This document shows, one piece after another, positions 57,119 to 64,000 of a stretch of 64,000 nucleotides of DNA. Positions within the stretch are counted from its first letter, which is position 1. Each line of letters opens with the position of its first letter. Location of the stretch: the NCBI GenBank assembly GCA_934408585.1, contig CAKRVA010000003.1, forward strand, positions 139,509 through 203,508, in the 5' to 3' direction. Source of the DNA: an uncultured Lachnospiraceae bacterium (GTDB lineage Bacteria; Bacillota; Clostridia; Lachnospirales; Lachnospiraceae). Both the position numbers and the translations under genes were made by a program. The notes beneath the pieces were generated by a model. It did not search any database. It was not told the origin of the DNA and saw only the letters and a list, made by a program, of their open reading frames with translations.

Positions 57119-57863
57119 ATTCGTATAATCCTCTCACGGATACCTCTCCTGCATAAACAGGAATCACCGTATCCTCCTTTGTTTTTACCAAAAGCTGGCC
57201 CTGGTTGTCAATACCCAATGCCACACCCTGAAACTCTCCCTTCGGATCAAGAACACGCACCTGCTGGTTCTTATTAAGCAGATATTTTTCGTAATCCTCT
57301 TTCAAAAAACCGAGATTCTGATGCTGTAAAAAAAGTTCGTAGTGTTCTACAAAGCATTTCAATATTTCATCCCGCAGCAAATCAATGTCCGTCTTTTCTT
57401 TGACTTCCATCCAGAGGGAGGTTGCCTTATCCTCCAATTCCGCCGGAAAATACTGTTCACTTACATTGATTCCCACACCACAGACAAGTGCGTACGCACC
57501 ATCGTCCAACAGGGAAACCTCGGTCAGAATTCCGACAAGCTTTTTCTTATGATAAACAAGGTCATTGGGCCACTTAATTCCACAGGTCAATCCTGTCACC
57601 TTGTGAATTCCTTCCACGCAGGAAAGTGCCATAATCAGTGTCATCATAGAGGATGTTTCCAATGGTATCTGTGGGCGGAGCAGTAAGCTCATATACAAAT
57701 TAGAACCGGCAGGAGAATTCCAGGCTCTTCCTCTTCTTCCCCTGCCGCTTATCTGGCTTTCTGCCTGCACCAGTGTTCCCTCCGGCGCATTATTTTTTAT
57801 TCTTCGAATTACTTCCAAATTGGTTGAATCAATTTCTCCAAATTTGTGAATCTGAATTTCCAT
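57111..57863 (-). CDS. birA: biotin--[acetyl-CoA-carboxylase] ligase (no N-terminal HTH)
   Basis: GRGRRGRAWNSPAGSNLYMS and the KWPNDL motif. Confidence 0.85.
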   Translation of the reverse strand: MEIQIHKFGEIDSTNLEVIRRIKNNAPEGTLVQAESQISGRGRRGRAWNSPAGSNLYMSLLLRPQIPLETSSMMTLIMALSCVEGIHKVTGLTCGIKWPNDLVYHKKKLVGILTEVSLLDDGAYALVCGVGINVSEQYFPAELEDKATSLWMEVKEKTDIDLLRDEILKCFVEHYELFLQHQNLGFLKEDYEKYLLNKNQQVRVLDPKGEFQGVALGIDNQGQLLVKTKEDTVIPVYAGEVSVRGLYEYV

Positions 57864-57897
57864 TCATCTCATCCATTCTTTTTGCAGTTACATTACT

Positions 57898-58884
57898 CTA
57901 AAGTGTTGCTGCCATAACTGCTTTGATTGTATGCATTCTGTTTTCTGCTTCGTCAAAAACTACTGACTGTGCCGATTCGAATACTTCATCCGTAACTTCC
58001 ATTTCCTTAAGACCAAATTTCTCGCCGATTTCTTTTCCGGTGGTGGTCTTCAAATCATGGAATGCCGGTAAGCAATGCATGAAAATTGCCTGTGAACCCG
58101 CGTTTTCCATTACTGCACGATTTACCTGATAAGGACTCAAAGAACGGATTCTTTCATCCCATACACTATAAGGTTCACCCATGGACACCCAGACATCCGT
58201 ATAAATGACATCTGCACCTTTGGTTCCCTCTGTAACATCTTCCGTAAGGGTAATGGTTGCTCCTGTCTTAGATGCAATTTCACGACAGGTTGCTACCAAA
58301 TCTGCATCCGGGAAATAACTCTTTGTGGTGCATGCTGTAAAGTGCATTCCAAGCTTAGCACAAACTACCATCAGGGAATTTCCCATATTGTAACGGGCAT
58401 CACCCATATAGGTCAGTTTCACTCCCTTAATTCTTCCAAGCTTTTCTTTGATTGTCAGAACATCTGCGAGCATCTGCGTTGGATGGAATTCATTCGTCAA
58501 TCCGTTCCATACCGGTACTCCCGAATATTTTGCAAGGTCCTCCACGATTTCCTGCTCATATCCACGGTATTCAATTCCATCGAACATTCTTCCAAGAACT
58601 CTTGCAGTATCTGCAATACTTTCTTTCTTTCCAATCTGAGAGCCTGACGGGTCAAGATAAGTAACTTCCATTCCCAGATCATGGGCAGCTACTTCAAACG
58701 AACATCTGGTACGGGTACTTGTTTTTTCAAAAATCAAAACAACATTCTTTCCCTGATGCATTTCCTTCGTAAGAATTCCTTTTTTCTTTTTTTCCTTTAA
58801 TTCTGCTGCCAAATCCACCAGATAAAGAATTTCTTCCGGTGTATAATCAAGCAGTTTTAAAAAGCTTCTGCCCTTTAAATCCAT
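57898..58884 (-). CDS. argF: ornithine carbamoyltransferase
   Basis: [24 protein letters not shown] and HCLPA motifs. Confidence 0.9.
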   Translation of the reverse strand: MDLKGRSFLKLLDYTPEEILYLVDLAAELKEKKKKGILTKEMHQGKNVVLIFEKTSTRTRCSFEVAAHDLGMEVTYLDPSGSQIGKKESIADTARVLGRMFDGIEYRGYEQEIVEDLAKYSGVPVWNGLTNEFHPTQMLADVLTIKEKLGRIKGVKLTYMGDARYNMGNSLMVVCAKLGMHFTACTTKSYFPDADLVATCREIASKTGATITLTEDVTEGTKGADVIYTDVWVSMGEPYSVWDERIRSLSPYQVNRAVMENAGSQAIFMHCLPAFHDLKTTTGKEIGEKFGLKEMEVTDEVFESAQSVVFDEAENRMHTIKAVMAATL

Positions 58885-58917
58885 GTCACACTCTCCCTGC
58901 TCATTCGTAATTCCTTT

Positions 58918-59856
58918 TTATTTTGTCTGGTCTGTTGCAACTTCCTTTATGGAACTTACCAAACCTGCAATCCCCTGAATTTCAGAAGGTATAATAATTT
59001 TGGTTGCCTGACCGTCTGCCGCCTTTTCAAAGGCTTCCAGACTCTTAATCCGAAGTACCGCCTCATCGGCTCCTGCTTCACGAATCATACGGATTCCGTC
59101 TGCCTTTGCCTGCTGCACTTTCAGAATTGCTTCTGCTTCACCTTCGGCTTCACGAATCATTTTTTCTTTTTCTGCTTCTGCACGAAGAATCGCTGCCTGC
59201 TTATCTGCTTCTGCTTCAAGAATTGCCGCCTCGCGCTTTCCTTCTGCAATGGTAATGCTTGCTTTCTTTTCACCTTCAGCTCTGGTAACGGCTTCTCTTC
59301 GTTCACGCTCTGCCTTCATCTGGCGTTCCATAGCATTCTGAATTTCTGCCGGCGGAATAATGTTCTTTAATTCCACACGGTTTACTTTAATTCCCCATGG
59401 GTCCGTTGCTTCATCCAGACAAGCTCTCATCTTTGTATTGATGGTCTCTCTGGAGGTAAGCGTCTGATCCAACTCCAATTCACCAATAATATTTCTCAAT
59501 GTAGTTGCTGTGAGGTTTTCGATTGCCATAATTGGATTTTCTACCCCATAAGCAAACAGCTTTGGATCGGTAATCTGGAAAAATACAACCGTATCAATCC
59601 GCATTGTAACATTATCTTTTGTAATTACCGGCTGTGGTGCAAAATCAACCACCTGCTCCTTCAGGTTGATTTTTTTCGCAATTTTATCAAATACCGGCAG
59701 CTTGATATGAAAACCAACTGACCATGTTGCCTGATAGGCTCCCAGACGTTCTACAATAAACGCATAAGCCTGTGGTACAATCTTAATACTGGACGCAACC
59801 AGCATTAACACGAGGATTAATATAATCACAAAAACAAGTCCTAATACTCCACCCAT
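58918..59856 (-). CDS. SPFH/band-7 (stomatin-like) protein
   Basis: TM anchor, SPFH core, and an Ala/Glu-rich coiled coil. Confidence 0.9.
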   Translation of the reverse strand: MGGVLGLVFVIILILVLMLVASSIKIVPQAYAFIVERLGAYQATWSVGFHIKLPVFDKIAKKINLKEQVVDFAPQPVITKDNVTMRIDTVVFFQITDPKLFAYGVENPIMAIENLTATTLRNIIGELELDQTLTSRETINTKMRACLDEATDPWGIKVNRVELKNIIPPAEIQNAMERQMKAERERREAVTRAEGEKKASITIAEGKREAAILEAEADKQAAILRAEAEKEKMIREAEGEAEAILKVQQAKADGIRMIREAGADEAVLRIKSLEAFEKAADGQATKIIIPSEIQGIAGLVSSIKEVATDQTK

Positions 59857-59872
59857 CTTTTTCTCCTTCTCA

Positions 59873-60307
59873 CTACATCTGTTTTTCTTCTACAATCAGC
59901 TTTACGCCACTGACGCTTCGGACAATTACAACACTGCCGACCGGAAGTGTAACATCATCCTGAACACATCTTGCACTCCATTCCTGACCGCCTACCGTCA
60001 CCTGCCCGATTCCCTGCAGGTTATTGATTTCACTGATTGCAATTGCCTGCTTTCCAATCAGACTCTCGACATTTGTTTTTACACGGTCTTTATTAAAATA
60101 TTTAACTGCAATAGGGCGCGTAAAAAACAACAGAACACAGGACACCACAAGAAATACCACAATCTGAAGCCAGGTTGCACCTCCAAGTGCTGCTACAATT
60201 GCTGCTACCAATGCCCCACCGGCAAACCAGATTGTTGTCAGTCCCAATGTAAAAATTTCAATTGCAACTAATAATACTAATACAATTAACCAGATTGTTG
60301 TCGTCAT
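59873..60307 (-). CDS. NfeD-family membrane protein
   Basis: Three TM segments plus a C-terminal OB-like domain (GQVTVGGQEWSAR). Lies upstream of the SPFH gene. Confidence 0.85.
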   Translation of the reverse strand: MTTTIWLIVLVLLVAIEIFTLGLTTIWFAGGALVAAIVAALGGATWLQIVVFLVVSCVLLFFTRPIAVKYFNKDRVKTNVESLIGKQAIAISEINNLQGIGQVTVGGQEWSARCVQDDVTLPVGSVVIVRSVSGVKLIVEEKQM

Positions 60308-60348
60308 CTTTTTCCCTCTCGCTTCTTTGCGAAAGAAGCTTTACACAA

Positions 60349-61428
60349 TTACCAGAATACATGGTCACCGATTACATAACCATCATGTCTTCCGGCTCTA
60401 CGGAAATACGTTGCTCCACCTACGGATGTTTCTCCGTTAATTGCCGCCTGCGCTGCCTGCAGACACGCGTCCGGAATGTTTCCTTCATAAACACGTGCTA
60501 CTTTTCCGGACATGGCAGGTGTAAACTGACCGGAGGAATAAATTACACCATGAATGGTCGCCGGATAAGCTGGATTCTTAACACGGTTCATAACAACTGC
60601 ACCAACTCCCAGCATACCTTCGTATGGCTGATTTCCTGCTTCACAATAAATCAAAGCACCCAACAGGCGGACTTCATCCGCATCTGCCGGAACTGCACCA
60701 CGGTTTGCCGTGCGCTTCGACTCGGCAATTGCCCGTTCTCTGGCACGAACCACCTCAATGGTTTCTCCTTCATCAATATGAAAATTGATGTTAATATATT
60801 CCGTTCTTACATAGCCAATATCTCCGCCATAGTCGATACTGACCCAATCATCATCCACGATGTCTATAAAATCCACGGCATCATCTTTTGCAAGATAGCA
60901 GATGGTTTCTGCTTCATCATTCGGTTCCACTCTAACACGTACTGCTTCCGAATCCAATGTGACAATCCAATTTCCTACATCCTGTGCCATTGCTTCCGCT
61001 TCTTCGCCAAAAACAAGGTACTCATCCTTCGCCCAGCCAATAACATTTCCGGATTTGATTTTCGTCCATCCGTTTTCCTGTTCCAAAATAGTTCCTCCAC
61101 AGTCCTTGTAGAGAAATCCTACCTTTTCGGAATTTTCATTCGCCTGGGAGCGAATGTTTAAGGCATTCTTTACATTTGCCATGGCAAGCTCTTTTGCCAT
61201 ACGTTTCTGTTCCGCCTCAAACTTCTGATAAATATTCAATTCTTCCTGTTCTTTTACGGGCTCTTCTACGGTAAAGTCACTTGGGTCTAAAACAGCAGCC
61301 ACTCCGGAACTCAAGAAGTTATGACCTTCTTTTTCTCCGGCTTGAACGGTTATTTCCTCTGTCAGTAAAATGCCAATGCATCCACATATCCCTGCAAGGC
61401 AAACCAACAGCCTATTTCTCCGGTTCAT
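60349..61428 (-). CDS. SleB-like cell-wall hydrolase with SH3b-type repeats
   Basis: Signal peptide, two SH3-like repeats (ALNIRSQANENS..., AVRVRVEPNDEA...), and a C-terminal Hydrolase_2 motif LIYCEAGNQPYEGMLGVGAVVMNRV. Confidence 0.8.
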   Translation of the reverse strand: MNRRNRLLVCLAGICGCIGILLTEEITVQAGEKEGHNFLSSGVAAVLDPSDFTVEEPVKEQEELNIYQKFEAEQKRMAKELAMANVKNALNIRSQANENSEKVGFLYKDCGGTILEQENGWTKIKSGNVIGWAKDEYLVFGEEAEAMAQDVGNWIVTLDSEAVRVRVEPNDEAETICYLAKDDAVDFIDIVDDDWVSIDYGGDIGYVRTEYININFHIDEGETIEVVRARERAIAESKRTANRGAVPADADEVRLLGALIYCEAGNQPYEGMLGVGAVVMNRVKNPAYPATIHGVIYSSGQFTPAMSGKVARVYEGNIPDACLQAAQAAINGETSVGGATYFRRAGRHDGYVIGDHVFW

Positions 61429-61500
61429 TATGGTTCCTCCAAAGATTTTAAAATGTTACAAGTTTATTACACAAATATGTGGATAATATTAACAAATGGT

Positions 61501-62313
61501 CTAATTTTTGTCAAGTTTTCGTGATTTTTCCACGCATGCCTCTACTGCATTCATAACACTGCTGCGGAATCCCATGTCCTCTAAGACCTGTACCGCATCA
61601 ATGGTTGTACCTCCCGGAGAGCATACCATATCCTTCAATTCTCCCGGATGTTTTCCGGTTTCCAGTGCAAGTGCCGCACTGCCCATGACCGACTGTGCCG
61701 CAAACCGGTATGCCTGTGCTCTTGGCATTCCAGCCTTTACGGCTCCGTCTGCCAATGCCTCCAAAAACAAAAATACATATGCCGGGGAGCTTCCGCTGAC
61801 ACCTACTACTGCATCCATCAGTTTTTCCGGAACCTCTTCCGCCAATCCAAAGCTTCCAAGAAGTGTCAGGCATTGCTCCATTTCTGTCTTCGTAACTGCC
61901 TCATTGCAGCATACGCCGGTACATCCCATTCCTACGAGTGCCGGTGTATTCGGCATGCAACGCACAATTTTCTTTTTCCCGCCAAACAGCTTTTCCAGTT
62001 TTTCAATGGATACTCCGGCTGCAATACTGACAATAACGGTATGTTCTTTTACGGCATCTTTTATTTCTGCAACCACTTCGGGAAGAATCTGTGGCTTAAC
62101 GGCAAGAATCAAAACGTCTGCATAAGCTGCCACCTGTTTATTATCCTCTGCTAAGAGAATCCCCCATTTTTCCTTTGCATATTCTCTGGAAGCGGAACTT
62201 TTTGCACTTCCCATAATTTCATCCGGTGTTGCAGCTCCTTTTGCCAGAATTCCACCAATCATGGCCTTTGCCATATTTCCAAGTCCGATAAATCCAAGCT
62301 TCATCTCATTCAT
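61501..62313 (-). CDS. proC: pyrroline-5-carboxylate reductase
   Basis: GFIGLGNMAKAMIGG..., PNTPALVG, and SPGGTT. Confidence 0.95.
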   Translation of the reverse strand: MNEMKLGFIGLGNMAKAMIGGILAKGAATPDEIMGSAKSSASREYAKEKWGILLAEDNKQVAAYADVLILAVKPQILPEVVAEIKDAVKEHTVIVSIAAGVSIEKLEKLFGGKKKIVRCMPNTPALVGMGCTGVCCNEAVTKTEMEQCLTLLGSFGLAEEVPEKLMDAVVGVSGSSPAYVFLFLEALADGAVKAGMPRAQAYRFAAQSVMGSAALALETGKHPGELKDMVCSPGGTTIDAVQVLEDMGFRSSVMNAVEACVEKSRKLDKN

Positions 62314-63146
62314 CCTTTCTGCATATCTGCTTCATACATTAACAGTGCTGCTGCCACTGCCGCATTTAACGATTCCAGTTTTCCCTGCATCGGAATCTTA
62401 ATGTAGCGGTCCGCCAACGCTGCTGTTTCCTCACGGAGTCCATTTCCTTCATTTCCAATCAAAAATGCGCTTCCGGTCTGATAGGATATCTCCCGGTAAT
62501 TCTGTTCACCCTTCAGATGTGCCGCATATACAGACACTCCGGATTGCTTCAATAGTGCAATTGCTTCAGGAAGATGCTCTATGTACATAAACGGCACCCG
62601 GTAAAGAGAGCCCATCGTCGCACGAATGGTCTTCGGATTGTAAATGTCAACCGTTCCTTTGCTCATCAATACTGCCGTTGCGCCGGCTCCCTCTGCGGTA
62701 CGAATCATCGTTCCCAGATTCCCCGGGTCCTGAATATCCTCAAGCACCAGAAAAAGCGGTGCTTTCTCGCTTTTCTTCGCAAGCAGTTCCGGCAGGGAAT
62801 ATTTCATTTCTTCCATAATAAAGAAAATCCCCTGTGGCGTCTGGGTATCCGAAAGCTTTCGGAAAACCTCCTGAGAAACCTGTTCCACAGAAATTCCTTC
62901 CTGCATGCACTCCTGTATCTTCTGAAAAAGTTGTCCAAATTTGTCAAAAGGAGCCTTATCAAAAGACTCCTCCATCTGCTGCCAGATATCCTCACGGCAA
63001 TATATCTCTTTTATCATCTGCAACGGAGCTTCTTCAAACATTTTAAATCCTTCTGCCACAAACAAACCCTCCTGATTCCGAAGGCTGCGCTTCTCTCGTA
63101 GCTGTATGGCATGCTTGATTCGTCCGTTCGTCAAACTCGTAATCAT
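62310..63146 (-). CDS. TrmH-family RNA methyltransferase (RlmB/YsgA-like)
   Basis: DPGNLGTMIRTAEGAGA, IGNEGNGL and SLNAAVAAALLMYE. Confidence 0.85.
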   Translation of the reverse strand: MITSLTNGRIKHAIQLREKRSLRNQEGLFVAEGFKMFEEAPLQMIKEIYCREDIWQQMEESFDKAPFDKFGQLFQKIQECMQEGISVEQVSQEVFRKLSDTQTPQGIFFIMEEMKYSLPELLAKKSEKAPLFLVLEDIQDPGNLGTMIRTAEGAGATAVLMSKGTVDIYNPKTIRATMGSLYRVPFMYIEHLPEAIALLKQSGVSVYAAHLKGEQNYREISYQTGSAFLIGNEGNGLREETAALADRYIKIPMQGKLESLNAAVAAALLMYEADMQKG

Positions 63147-63240
63147 ACACGAACCTTTCTGTCCCTAATCGTAAACCATATCTTGAATATCAACTGTATA
63201 TACCAGATTTCTATATGTCCGGAAGTCCAAATTCATCCTG

Positions 63241-64000
63241 TTATTGTGACAGCAATCTGCTGACCTCATACTGATACTCCGGAATCTCCTTCTGCATACT
63301 CAAAGCTTCCTCAATATCAAAATCCATAAACTCTCCATGCTTATAACCAACGACACGGTTCGTCTTTCCCTGGCAAAGGATGTCTGCCGCATATGCGCCC
63401 ATGATGGATGCATAAAAACGGTCCTTACAGGTCGGGGAACCACCACGCTGCATGTAACCAAGAATTGTTGCTCTTGTTTCCATACCGGTAGCTGCTTCAA
63501 TACGACGTGCCATGGAAGTTGAATGTCCAATTCCTTCTGCATTAATAATAATATGGTGCTTCTTACCACGCTTACGGCTGTTAATAATATTATTTACAAG
63601 TGCCTGCTCATTGTAATCGTATTTTTCGGGCAGCAAAATGTCTTCTGCTCCATTGGCAACACCACACCAAAGTGCAATATATCCGGCATTTCTTCCCATT
63701 ACTTCGATAATACTGCATCTTTCATGAGAGGAGGAAGTATCACGTACCTTATCAATCGCCTGCATGGCGGTATTGATTGCAGTATCAAAGCCAATGGTAT
63801 AATCGGTACACGCAATATCCAAATCGATGGTTCCAGGAATCCCTACAGTATTGATTCCATGTCTGGAAAGAGCCTGCGCGCCTCGATAGGAACCGTCACC
63901 GCCGATAACTACCAATCCGTCAATTTCATGCTTACGGCAGATTTCTGCTGCTTCTGCCTGCACTTCTTCTTGTTTGAACTCCAGACATCTTGCAGTACCG
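63241..64000 (-). CDS. pfkA: ATP-dependent 6-phosphofructokinase (C-terminal about 250 codons; the 5' end lies beyond the window edge)
   Basis: GLVVIGGDGSYRGA, GIPGTIDLD, MGR.AG and LGYMQRGG. The frame stays open past 63963 to the window edge. Confidence 0.95.
   Translation of the reverse strand, partial: GTARCLEFKQEEVQAEAAEICRKHEIDGLVVIGGDGSYRGAQALSRHGINTVGIPGTIDLDIACTDYTIGFDTAINTAMQAIDKVRDTSSSHERCSIIEVMGRNAGYIALWCGVANGAEDILLPEKYDYNEQALVNNIINSRKRGKKHHIIINAEGIGHSTSMARRIEAATGMETRATILGYMQRGGSPTCKDRFYASIMGAYAADILCQGKTNRVVGYKHGEFMDFDIEEALSMQKEIPEYQYEVSRLLSQ

Noticed and set aside
60262-61161. 299-aa plus-strand ORF
   Set aside because: It lies entirely antisense to the well-supported SleB-like hydrolase gene. 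It has a Cys/Phe/Ile-rich low-complexity composition and no RBS, so it is a shadow ORF.

Overview
This 64 kb window looks like chromosomal DNA from a motile, low-GC Firmicute. A Clostridia or Lachnospiraceae-like origin is inferred only from gene content and protein style. About 70 genes are present, most on the minus strand.

Gene content from left to right:
- The end of a late flagellar operon (flgM-flgN-flgK plus a second FlgK-like gene).
- A pyrimidine salvage block (pyrR-pyrP with an attenuator-like leader, then upp).
- queT, a membrane diguanylate cyclase, and a translationally coupled DUF3160 lipoprotein/CapA pair.
- Ion transporters, a C69 dipeptidase, and two MATE pumps with MarR regulators.
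- DegV and a MerR-controlled ABC efflux operon.
- A LexA-box-controlled Y-family polymerase with a YolD-like partner.
- An MCP, alr and a MutS-related ATPase.
- A variable segment (about 44.5-52.3 kb) holding hipBA, a DUF4143 ATPase, gene remnants and a 2 kb module flanked by direct repeats.
- A housekeeping run: lysS, greA, dusB, coaX, birA, argF, SPFH/NfeD, a SleB-like hydrolase, proC, an RNA methyltransferase and pfkA.

I saw no rRNA, tRNA, CRISPR array, integrase or transposase.

I found no obvious new multi-gene system. The signals I rate highest for follow-up are non-coding or very small:
1. A tandemly duplicated 28-aa hydrophobic-peptide module with a type I toxin-antitoxin architecture and a stem supported by compensatory changes (30.6-31.3 kb).
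2. A roughly 220 bp nested inverted repeat upstream of the dipeptidase gene (15.2-15.4 kb).
3. Five phased 52 bp hairpin repeats between marR and a MATE gene (19.24-19.49 kb).
4. About 100 bp direct repeats bracketing an esterase/AraC module and fusing onto the end of hipA (46.1-48.3 kb).

CDS coordinates follow the supplied ORF track, with some starts moved in frame to better RBS-supported codons. In a few places my hand-counted positions differed from the track by 1 nt, so non-CDS coordinates should be read as +/-2 nt. All family assignments come from recognising motifs by eye. No database search was run.
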